Below are positions 39,191 through 51,700 of a stretch of DNA of 64,000 nucleotides, piece by piece (the first letter of the stretch is position 1; each line of letters starts with the position of its first letter). The notes beneath the pieces are model-generated. The model was given only the letters and a program-made list of their open reading frames with translations, had not been told where the DNA came from and made no database searches. Origin of the DNA: the human T2T-CHM13v2.0 reference genome, Homo sapiens. A program made the translations under genes and the position numbers. Where the stretch lies: assembly GCF_009914755.1 (NCBI RefSeq), contig NC_060926.1. The stretch is one strand, 5' to 3'.

Positions 39191-41598
39191 GGAAATATCT
39201 TCCCCTGAAAACCAGACAGAAGCATTCTCAGAAACTTATTTGTAATGTGCGCCCTCAACTAACAGTGTTGAACCTTTCTTTTGATAGAGCAGTTTTGAAA
39301 CACTCTTTTTGTAAAATCTGCAGGAGGATATTTGGATAGCTTTGAGGATTTCGTTGGAAACGGGATTGTCTTCATATAAACTCTAGACAGAAGCATTCTT
39401 AGAAGCTTCATTGGGATGTTTCAATTGAAGTCACAGTGTTGAACAGTTCCTTTCATAGAACAGGTTTGAAACACTCTTTTTGTAGTATCTGGAAGTAGAC
39501 ATTTGGAGCGCTCTCAGGACTATGGTGAAAAAGGAAATATCTTCCAATAAAAGCTACATAGAAGCAATGTCAGAAACTTTTTCATGATGTATCTACTCAG
39601 CTAACAGAGTTGAACCTTTCCTTTGAGAGAGCAGTTTTGAAACACTCTTTTTGTGGAATCTGCAAGTGGATATTTGTCTAGCTTTGAGGATTTCGTTGGA
39701 AACGGGATTACATATAAAAAGCAGACAGCAGCATTCCCAGAAACTTCTTTGTGATGTTTGCATTCAAGTCACAGAGTTGAACATTCCCTTTCATAGAGCA
39801 GGTTTGAAACACTCTTTTTGTAGTATCTGGATGTGGACATTTGGAGCGCTTTTAGGCCTATGGTGAAAAAGGAAATATCTTCCCCTGAAAACTAGACAGA
39901 AGCATTCTCAGAAACTTATTTGTGATGTGCGCCCTCAACTAACAGTGTTGAACCTTTCTTTTGATAGAGCAGTTTTGAAACACTCTTTTTGTAATATCTG
40001 CAAGAGGATATTTGGATAGCTTTGAGGATTTCGTTGGAAACGGGATTGTCTTCACATAAACTCTAGACAGAAGCATTCTCAGAAGCTTCATTGGGATGTT
40101 TCAATTGAAGTCACAGTGTTGAACAGTTCCTTTCATAGAACAGGTTTGAAACACTCTTTTTGTAGTATCTGGAAGTGGACATTTGGAGCGCTCTCAGGAC
40201 TACGGTGAAAAAGGAAATATCTTCCAATAAAAGCTAGATAGAAGCAATGTCAGAAAATTTTTCATGATGTATCTACTCAGCTAACAGAGTTGAACCTTCC
40301 TTTGAGAGAGCAGTTTAGAAACACTCTTTTTGTGGAATCTGCAAGTGGATATTTGTCTTGCTTTGAGGATTTCGCTGGAAACGGGATTACATATAAAAAC
40401 AGACAGCAGCATTCCCAGTAACTTCTTTGTGATGTTTGCATTCAAGTCACAGAGTTGAACATTCCCTTTCATAGAGCAGGTTTGAAACACTCTTTTTGTA
40501 GTATCTGGATGTGGACATTTGGAGCGCTTTCAGGCCTATGGTGAAAAAGGAAATATCTTCCCCTGAAAACTAGACAGAAGCATTCTCAGAAACTTATTTG
40601 TGATGTGCGCCCTCAACTAACAGTGTTGAACCTTTCTTTTGATAGAGCAGTTTTGAAACACTCTTTTTGTAATATCTGCAAGAGGATATTTGGATAGATT
40701 TGAGGATTTCGTTGGAAACGGGATTGTCTTCATATAAACTCTAGACAGAAGCATTCTCAGAAGCTTCATTGGGATGTTTCAATTGAAGTCACAGTGTTGA
40801 ACAGTCCCTTTCATAGAGCAGGTTTGAAACACTCTTTTTGTAGTATCTGGAAGTGGACATTTGGAGAGATCTCAGGAATACGGTGATAAAGGAAATATCT
40901 TCCAATAAAAGCTAGATAGAAGCAATGTCAGAAACTTTTTCATGATGTATCTACTCAGCTAACAGAGTTGAACCTTTCTTTTGAGAGAGCAGTTTTGAAA
41001 CACTCTTTTTGTGGAATCTGCAAGTGGATATTTGTCTAGCTTTGAGGATTTCGTTGGAAACGGGATTACATATAAAAAGCAGACAGCAGCATTCCCAGAA
41101 ACTTCATTGTGAAGTTTGCATTCAAGTCACAGAGTTGAACATTCCCTTTCATAGAGCAGGTTTGAAACACTCTTTTTGTAGTATCTGGATGTGGACATTT
41201 GGAGCGCTTTCAAGCCTATGGTGAAAAAGGAAATATCTTCCCCTGAAAACTAGACAGAAGCATTCTCAGGAACTTATTTGTGATGTGCGCCCTCAACTAA
41301 CAGTGTTGAAGCTTTCTTTTGATAGAGCAGTTTTGAAACACTCTTTTTGTGGAATCTGCAAGTGGATATTTGTCACGCTTTGAGGATTTCGTTGGAAACG
41401 GGATTACATATAAAAAGCAGACAGCAGCATTCCCAGTAACTTCTTTGTGATGTTTGCATTCAAGTCACAGAGTTGAACATTCCCTTTCATAGAGCAGGTT
41501 TGAAACACTCTTTTTGTAGTATCTGGATGTGGACATTTGGAGCGCTTTCAGGCCTATGGTGAAAAAGGAAATATCTTCCCCTGAAAACTAGACAGAAG

Positions 41599-42111
41599 CA
41601 TTCTCAGAAACTTATTTGTGATGTGCGCCCTCAACTAACAGTGTTGAACCTTTCTTTTGATAGAGCAGTTTTGAAACACTCTTTTTGTAAAATCTGCAAG
41701 AGGATATTTGGATAGATTTGAGGATTTCGTTGGAAACGGGATTGTCTTCATATAAACTCTAGGCAGAAGCATTCTCAGAAGCTTCATTGGGATGTTTCAA
41801 TTGAAGTCACAGTGTTGAACAGTCCCTTTCATAGAGCAGGTTTGAAACACTCTTTTTGTAGTATCTGGAAGTGGACATTTGGAGAGATCTCAGGAATACG
41901 GTGATAAAGGAAATATCTTCCAATAAAAGCTAGATAGAAGCAATGTCAGAAACTTTTTCATGATGTATCTACTCAGCTAACAGAGTTGAACCTTTCTTTT
42001 GAGAGAGCAGTTTTGAAACACTCTTTTTGTAGTATCTGGATGTGGACATTTGGAGCGCTTTCAGGCCTATGGTGAAAAAGGAAATATCTTCCCCTGAAAA
42101 CTAGACAGAAG
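41599..42111 (+). repeat. 513-bp trimer variant HOR (A, B, C/D hybrid)
   Basis: C start at 41941 runs directly into the D tail (ctctttttgt|agtatctggatg at ~42030). Flanking CENP-B boxes at 41725 and 42238 are 513 bp apart. Confidence 0.93.
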
Positions 42112-42799
42112 CATTCTCAGAAACTTATTTGTGATGTGCGCCCTCAACTAACAGTGTTGAACCTTTCTTTTGATAGAGCAGTTTTGAAACACTCTTTTTG
42201 TAATATCTGCAAGAGGATATTTGGATAGCTTTGAGGATTTCGTTGGAAACGGGATTGTCTTCATATAAACTCTAGACAGAAGCATTCTCAGAAGCTTCAT
42301 TGGGATGTTTCAATTGAAGTCACAGTGTTGAACAGTCCCTTTCATAGAGCAGGTTTGAAACACTCTTTTTGTAGTATCTGGAAGTGGACATTTGGAGAGA
42401 TCTCAGGAGTACGGTGATAAAGGAAATATCTTCCAATAAAAGCTAGATAGAAGCAATGTCAGAAACTTTTTCATGATGTATCTACTCAGCTAACAGAGTT
42501 GAACCTTTCTTTTGAGAGAGCAGTTTTGAAACACTCTTTTTGTGGAATCTGCAAGTGGATATTTGTCTAGCTTTGAGGATTTCGTTGGAAACGGGATTAC
42601 ATATAAAAAGCAGACAGCAGCATTCCCAGAAACTTCTTTGTGAAGTTTGCATTCAAGTCACAGAGTTGAACATTCGCTTTCATAGAGCAGGTTTGAAACA
42701 CTCTTTTTGTAGTATCTGTATGTGGACATTTGGAGCGCTTTCAGGCCTATGGTGAAAAAGGAAATATCTTCCCCTGAAAACTAGACAGAAGCATTCTCA

Positions 42800-45700
42800 G
42801 AATCTTATTTGTGATGTGCGCCCTCAACTAACAGTGTTGAAGCTTTCTTTTGATAGAGCAGTTTTGAAACACTCTTTTTGTAAAATCTGCAAGAGGATAT
42901 TTGGATAGCTTTGAGGATTTCGTTGGAAACCGGATTGTCTTCATATAAACTCTAGACGGAAGCATTCTCAGAAGCTTCATTGGGATGTTTCAATTGAAGT
43001 CACAGTGTTGAACATTCCCTTTCATAGAGCAGGTTTGAAACACTCTTTTTGTAGTATCTGGAAGTGGACATTTGGAGAGATCTCAGGAATACGGTGATAA
43101 AGGAAATATCTTCCAATAAAAGCTAGATAGAAGCAATGTCAGAAACTTTTTCATGATGTACCTACTCAGCTAACAGAGTTGAACCTTTCTTTTGAGAGAG
43201 CAGTTTTGAAACACTCTTTTTGTGGAATCTGCAAGTGGATACTTGTCTAGCTTTGAGGATTTCGTTGGAAACGGGATTACATATAAAAAGCAGACAGCAG
43301 CATTCCCAGAAACTTCTTTGTGATGTTTGCATTCAAGTCACAGAGTTGAACATTCCCTTTCATAGAGCAGGTTTGAAACACTCTTTTTGTAGTATCTGGA
43401 TGTGGACATTTGCAGCGCTTTCAGGCCTATGGTGAAAAAGGAAATATCTTCCCCTGAAAACTAGACAGAAGCATTCTCAGAATCTTATTTGTGATGTGCG
43501 CCCTCAATTAACAGTGTTGAAGCTTTCTTTTGATAGAGCAGTTTTGAAACACTCTTTTTGTAAAATCTGCAAGAGGATATTTGGATAGCTTTGAGGATTT
43601 CGTTGGAAACGGGATTGTCTTCATATAAACTCTAGACAGAAGCATTCTCAGAAGCTTCATTGGGATGTTTCAATTGAAGTCACAGTGTTGAACAGTTCCT
43701 TTCATAGAACAGGTTTGAAACACTCTTTTTGTAGTATCTGGAAGTGGACATTTGGAGCGCTCTCAGGACTATGGTGAAAAAGGAAATATCTTCCAATAAA
43801 AGCTACATAGAAGCAATGTCAGAAACTTTTTCAGGATGTATCTACTCAGCTAACAGAGTTGAACCTTTCCTTTGAGAGAGCAGTTTTGAAACACTCTTTT
43901 TGTGGAATCTGCAAGTGGATATTTGTCTAGCTTTGAGGATTTCGTTGGAAACGGGATTACATATAAAAAGCAGACAGCAGCATTCCCAGTAACTTCTTTG
44001 TGATGTTTGCATTCAAGTCACAGAGTTGAACCTTCCCTTTCATAGAGCAGGTGTGAAACACTCTTTTTGTAGTATCTGGATGTGGACATTTGGAGCGCTT
44101 TCAGGCCTATGGTGAAAAAGGAAATATCTTCCCCTGAAAACTAGACAGAAGCATTCTCAGAAACTTATTTGTGATGTGCGCCCTCAACTAACAGTGTTGA
44201 ACCTTTCTTTTGATAGAGCAGTTTTGAAACACTCTTTTTGTAAAATCTGCAAGAGGATATTTGGATAGCTTTGAGGATTTCGTTGGAAACGGGATTGTCT
44301 TCATATAAACTCTAGACAGAAGCATTCTCAGAAGCTTCATTGGGATGTTTCAATTGAAGTCACAGTGTTGAACAGTCCCTTTCATAGAGCAGGTTTGAAA
44401 CACTCTTTTTGTAGTATCTGGAAGTGGACATTTGGAGCGCTTTCAGGACTGCGGTGAAAAAGGAAATATCTTCTATTAAAAGCTAGATAGAAGCAATGTC
44501 AGAAACTTTTTCATGATGTATCTACTCAGCTAACAGAGTTGAACCTTCCTTTGAGAGAGCAGTTTTGAAACACTCTTTTTGTGGAATCTGCAAGTGGATA
44601 TTTGTCTAGCTTTGAGGATTTCGTTGGAAACGGGATTACATATAAAAAGCAGACAGCAGCATTCCCAGAAACTTCTTTGTGATGTTTGCATTCAAGTCAC
44701 AGAGTTGAACATTCCCTTTCATAGAGCAGGTTTGAAACACTCTTTTTGTAGTATCTGGATGTGGACATTTACAGCGCCTTCAGGCCTAAGGTGAAAAAGG
44801 AAATATCTTCCCCTGAAAACTAGACAGAAGCATTCTCAGAAACTTATTTGTGATGTGCGCCCTCAACTAACAGTGTTGAAGCTTTCTTTTGATAGAGCAG
44901 TTTTGAAACACTCTTTTTGTGGAATCTGCAAGTGGATATTTGTCTAGCTTTGAGGATTTCGTTGGAAACGGGATTACATATAAAAAGCAGACAGCAGCAT
45001 TCCCAGAATCTTGCTTGTGACGTTTGCATTCAAGTCACAGAGTTGAACATTCCCTTTCAGAGAGCAGGTTTGAAACACTCTTTTTATAGTATCTGGATGT
45101 GGACATTTGGAGCGCTTTCAGGCCTATGGTGAAAAAGGAAATATCTTCTCCTGAAAACTAGACAGAAGCATTCTCAGAATCTTATTTGTGATGTGCGCCC
45201 TCAACTAACAGTGTTGAAGCTTTCTTTTGATAGAGCAGTTTTGAAACACTCTTTTCGTAAAATCTGCAAGAGGATATTTTGATAGCTTTGAGGATTTCGT
45301 TGGAAACGGGATTGTCTTCATATAAACTCTAGACAGAAGCATTCTCAGAAGCTTCATTGGGATGTTTCAATTGAAGTCACAGTGTTGAACAGTCCCTTTC
45401 ATAGAGCAGGTTTGAAACACTCTTTTTGTAGTATCTGGAAGTGGACATTTGGAGAGATCTCAGGAATACGGTGATAAAGGAAATATCTTCCAATAAAAGC
45501 TAGATAGAAGCAATGTCAGAAACTTTTTCATGATGTACCTACTCAGCTAACAGAGTTGAACCTTTCTTTTGAGAGAGCAGTTTTGAAACACTCTTTTTGT
45601 GGAATCTGCAAGTGGATATTTGTCTAGTTTTGAGGATTTCGTTGGAAACGGGATTACATATAAAAAGCAGACAGCTGCATTCCCAGAAACTTCTTTGTGA

Positions 45701-48700
45701 TGTTTGCATTCAAGTCACAGAGTTGAACATTCCCTTTCATAGAGCAGGCTTGAAACACTCTTTTTGTAGTATCTGGATGTGGACATTTGGAGCGCTTTCA
45801 GGCCTATGGTGAAAAAGGAAATATCTTCCCCTGAAAACTAGACAGAAGCATTCTCAGAATCTTATTTGTGATGTGCGCCCTCAACTAACAGTGTTGAAGC
45901 TTTCTTTTGATAGAGCAGTTTTGAAACACTCTTTTTGTAAAATCTGCAAGAGGATATTTGGATAGCTTTGAGGATTTCGTTGGAAACGGGATTGTCTTCA
46001 TATAAACTCTAGACAGAAGCATTCTCAGAAGCTTCATTGGGATGTTTCAATTGAAGTCACAGTGTTGAACAGTCCCTTTCATAGAGCAGGTTTGAAACAC
46101 TCTTTTTGTAGTATCTGGATGTGGACATTTGGAGCGCTTTCATGCCTATGGTTTAAAAGGAAATATCTTCCCCTGAAAACAAGACAGAAGCATTCTCAGA
46201 AACTTATTTGTGATGTGCGCCCTCAACTTACAGTGTTGAAGCATTCTTTTGATAGAGCAGTTTTGAAACACTCTTTTTGTGGAATCTGCAAGTAGATATT
46301 GTCTAGCTTTGAGGATTTCGTTGGAAACGGGATTACATATAAAAAGCAGACAGCAGCATTCCCAGAAACTTCTTTGTGATGTTTGCATTCAAGTCACAGA
46401 GTTGAACATTCCCTTTCATAGAGCAGGTTTGAAACACTCTTTTTATAGTATCTGGAGGTGGACATTTGGAGCGCTTTCAGGCCTATGGTGAAAAAGGAAA
46501 TATCTTCCCCTGAAAACTAGACAGAAGCATTCTCAGAATCTTATTTGTGATGTGCGCCCTCTACTAACAGTGTTGAAGCTTTCTTTTGATAGAGCAGTTT
46601 TGAAACACACTTTTCGTAAAATCTGCAAGAGGATATTTGGATAGCTTTGAGGATTTCGTTGGAAACGGGATTGTCTTCATATAAACTCTAGACAGAAGCA
46701 TTCTCAGAAGCTTCATTGGGATGTTTCAATTGAAGTCACAGTGTTGAACAGTCCCTTTCATAGAGCAGGTTTGAAACACTCTTTTTGTAGTATCTGGAAG
46801 TGGAGATTTGGAGAGATCTCAGGTATACGGTGATAAAGGAAATGTCTTCCAATAAAAGCTAGATAGAAGCAATGTCAGAAACTTTTTCATGATGTATCTA
46901 CTCAGCTAACAGAGTTGAACCTTTCTTTTGAGAGAGCAGTTTTGAAACACTCTTTTTGTGGAATCTGCAAGTGGATATTTGTCTAGCTTTGAGGATTTCG
47001 TTGGAAACGGGATTACATATAAAAAGCAGACAGCAGCATTCCCAGAAACTTCTTTGTGATGTTTGCATTCAAGTCACAGAGTTGAACATTCCCTTTCATA
47101 GAGCAGGTTTGAAACACTCTTTTTGTAGTATCTGGATGTGGACATTTGGAGCGCTTTCAGGCCTATGGTGAAAAAGGAAATATCTTCCCCTGAAAACTAG
47201 ACAGAAGCATTCTCAGAAACTTATTTGTGATGTGCGCCCTCAACTAACAGTGTTGAACCTTTCTTTTGATAGAGCAGTTTTGAAACACTCTTTTTGTAAA
47301 ATCTGCAAGAGGATATTTGGATAGCTTTGAGGATTTCGTTGGAAACGGGATTGTCTTCATATAAACTCTAGACAGAAGCATTCTCAGAAGCTTCATTGGG
47401 ATGTTTCAATTGAAGTCACAGTGTTGAACAGTTCCTTTCATAGAACAGGTTTGAAACACTCTTTTTGTAGTATCTGGAAGTGGACATTTGGAGCGCTCTC
47501 AGGACTATGGTGAAAAAGGAAATATCTTCCAATAAAAGCTACATAGAAGCAATGTCAGAAACTTTTTCATGATGTATCTACTCAGCTAACAGAGTTGAAC
47601 CTTTCCTTTGAGAGAGCAGTTTTGAAACACTCTTTTTGTGGAATCTGCAAGTGGATATTTGTCTAACTTTGAGGATTTCGTTGGAAACGGGATTACATAT
47701 AAAAAGCAGACAGCAGCATTCCCAGAAACTTCTTTGTGATGTTTGCATTCAAGTCACAGAGTTGAACATTCCCTTTCATAGAGCAGGTTTGAAACACTCT
47801 TTTTGTAGTATCTGGATGTGGACATTTGGAGCGCTTTTAGGCCTATGGTGAAAAAGGAAATATCTTCCCCTGAAAACTAGACAGAAGCATTCTCAGAAAC
47901 TTATTTGTGATGTGCGCCCTCAACTAACAGTGTTGAAGCTTTCTTTTGATAGAGCAGTTTTGAAACACTCTTTTTGTAATATCTGCAAGAGGATATTTGG
48001 ATAGCTTTGAGGATTTCGTTGGAAACGGGATTGTCTTCACATAAACTCTAGACAGAAGCATTCTCAGAAGCTTCATTGGGATGTTTCAATTGAAGTCACA
48101 GTGTTGAACGGTTCCTTTCATAGAACAGGTTTGAAACACTCTTTTTGTAGTATCTGGAAGTGGACATTTGGTGCGCTCTCAGGACTACGGTGAAAAAGGA
48201 AATATCTTCCAATAAAAGCTAGATAGAAGCAATGTCAGAAAATTTTTCATGATGTATCTACTCAGCTAACAGAGTTGAACCTTCCTTTGAGAGAGCAGTT
48301 TTGAAACACTCTTTTTGTGGAATCTGCAAGTGGATATTTGTCTAGCTTTGAGGATTTCGCTGGAAACGGGATTACATATAAAAACAGACAGCAGCATTCC
48401 CAGTAACTTCTTTGTGATGTTTGCATTCAAGTCACAGAGTTGAACATTCCCTTTCATAGAGCAGGTTTGAAACACTCTTTTTGTAGTATCTGGATGTGGA
48501 CATTTGGAGCGCTTTCAGGCCTATGGTGAAAAAGGAAATATCTTCCCCTGAAAACTAGACAGAAGCATTCTCAGAATCTTATTTGTGATGTGCACCCTCA
48601 ACTAACAGTGTTGAAGCTTTCTTTTGATAGAGCAGTTTTGAAACACTCTTTTTGTAAAATCTGCAAGAGGATATTTGGATAGCTTTGAGGATTTCGTTGG

Positions 48701-51700
48701 AAACCGGATTGTCTTCATATAAACTCTAGGCAGAAGCATTCTCAGAAGCTTCATTGGGATGTTTCAATTGAAGTCACAGTGTTGAACAGTCCCTTTCATA
48801 GAGCAGGTTTGAAACACTCTTTTTGTAGTATCTGGAAGTGGACATTTGGAGAGATCTCAGGAATACGGTGATAAAGGAAATATCTTCCAATAAAAGCTAG
48901 ATAGAAGCAATGTCAGAAACTTTTTCATGATGTACCTACTCAGCTAACAGAGTTGAACCTTTCTTTTGAGAGAGCAGTTTTGAAACACTCTTTTTGTGGA
49001 ATCTGCAAGTGGATATTTGTCTAGCTTTGAGGATTTCGTTGGAAACGGGATTACATATAAAAAGCAGACAGCAGCATTCCCAGAAACTTCTTTGTGATGT
49101 TTGCATTCAAGTCACAGAGTTGAACATTCCCTTTCATAGAGCAGGTTTGAAACACTCTTTTTGTAGTATCTGGATGTGGACATTTGCAGCGCTTTCAGGC
49201 CTATGGTGAAAAAGGAAATATCTTCCCCTGAAAACTAGACAGAAGCATTCTCAGAATCTTATTTGTGATGTGCGCCCTCAATTAACAGTGTTGAAGCTTT
49301 CTTTTGATAGAGCAGTTTTGAAACACTCTTTTTGTAAAATCTGCAAGAGGATATTTGGATAGCTTTGAGGATTTCGTTGGAAACGGGATTGTCTTCATAT
49401 AAACTCTAGACAGAAGCATTCTCAGAAGCTTCATTGGGATGTTTCAATTGAAGTCACAGTGTTGAACAGTTCCTTTCATAGAACAGGTTTGAAACACTCT
49501 TTTTGTAGTATCTGGAAGTGGACATTTGGAGCGCTCTCAGGACTATGGTGAAAAAGGAAATATCTTCCAATAAAAGCTACATAGAAGCAATGTCAGAAAC
49601 TTTTTCAGGATGTATCTACTCAGCTAACAGAGTTGAACCTTTCCTTTGAGAGAGCAGTTTTGAAACACTCTTTTTGTGGAATCTGCAAGTGGATATTTGT
49701 CTAGCTTTGAGGATTTCGTTGGAAACGGGATTACATATAAAAAGCAGACAGCAGCATTCCCAGTAACTTCTTTGTGATGTTTGCATTCAAGTCACAGAGT
49801 TGAACCTTCCCTTTCATAGAGCAGGTGTGAAACACTCTTTTTGTAGTATCTGGATGTGGACATTTGGAGCGCTTTCAGGCCTATGGTGAAAAAGGAAATA
49901 TCTTCCCCTGAAAACTAGACAGAAGCATTCTCAGAAACTTATTTGTGATGTGCGCCCTCAACTAACAGTGTTGAACCTTTCTTTTGATAGAGCAGTTTTG
50001 AAACACTCTTTTTGTAAAATCTGCAAGAGGATATTTGGATAGCTTTGAGGATTTCGTTGGAAACGGGATTGTCTTCATATAAACTCTAGACAGAAGCATT
50101 CTCAGAAGCTTCATTGGGATGTTTCAATTGAAGTCACAGTGTTGAACAGTCCCTTTCATAGAGCAGGTTTGAAACACTCTTTTTGTAGTATCTGGAAGTG
50201 GACATTTGGAGCGCTTTCAGGACTGCGGTGAAAAAGGAAATATCTTCTATTAAAAGCTAGATAGAAGCAATGTCAGAAACTTTTTCATGATGTATCTACT
50301 CAGCTAACAGAGTTGAACCTTCCTTTGAGAGAGCAGTTTTGAAACACTCTTTTTGTGGAATCTGCAAGTGGATATTTGTCTAGCTTTGAGGATTTCGTTG
50401 GAAACGGGATTACATATAAAAAGCAGACAGCAGCATTCCCAGAAACTTCTTTGTGATGTTTGCATTCAAGTCACAGAGTTGAACATTCCCTTTCATAGAG
50501 CAGGTTTGAAACACTCTTTTTGTAGTATCTGGATGTGGACATTTACAGCGCCTTCAGGCCTAAGGTGAAAAAGGAAATATCTTCCCCTGAAAACTAGACA
50601 GAAGCATTCTCAGAAACTTATTTGTGATGTGCGCCCTCAACTAACAGTGTTGAAGCTTTCTTTTGATAGAGCAGTTTTGAAACACTCTTTTTGTGGAATC
50701 TGCAAGTGGATATTTGTCTAGCTTTGAGGATTTCGTTGGAAACGGGATTACATATAAAAAGCAGACAGCAGCATTCCCAGAATCTTGCTTGTGACGTTTG
50801 CATTCAAGTCACAGAGTTGAACATTCCCTTTCAGAGAGCAGGTTTGAAACACTCTTTTTATAGTATCTGGATGTGGACATTTGGAGCGCTTTCAGGCCTA
50901 TGGTGAAAAAGGAAATATCTTCCCCTGAAAACTAGACAGAAGCATTCTCAGAATCTTATTTGTGATGTGCGCCCTCAACTAACAGTGTTGAAGCTTTCTT
51001 TTGATAGAGCAGTTTTGAAACACTCTTTTCGTAAAATCTGCAAGAGGATATTTTGATAGCTTTGAGGATTTCGTTGGAAACGGGATTGTCTTCATATAAA
51101 CTCTAGACAGAAGCATTCTCAGAAGCTTCATTGGGATGTTTCAATTGAAGTCACAGTGTTGAACAGTCCCTTTCATAGAGCAGGTTTGAAACACTCTTTT
51201 TGTAGTATCTGGATGTGGACATTTGGAGAGATCTCAGGAATACGGTGATAAAGGAAATATCTTCCAATAAAAGCTAGATAGAAGCAATGTCAGAAACTTT
51301 TTCATGATGTACCTACTCAGCTAACAGAGTTGAACCTTTCTTTTGAGAGAGCAGTTTTGAAACACTCTTTTTGTGGAATCTGCAAGTGGATATTTGTCTA
51401 GTTTTGAGGATTTCGTTGGAAACGGGATTACATATAAAAAGCAGACAGCTGCATTCCCAGAAACTTCTTTGTGATGTTTGCATTCAAGTCACAGAGTTGA
51501 ACATTCCCTTTCATAGAGCAGGCTTGAAACACTCTTTTTGTAGTATCTGGATGTGGACATTTGGAGCGCTTTCAGGCCTATGGTGAAAAAGGAAATATCT
51601 TCCCCTGAAAACTAGACAGAAGCATTCTCAGAATCTTATTTGTGATGTGCGCCCTCAACTAACAGTGTTGAAGCTTTCTTTTGATAGAGCAGTTTTGAAA

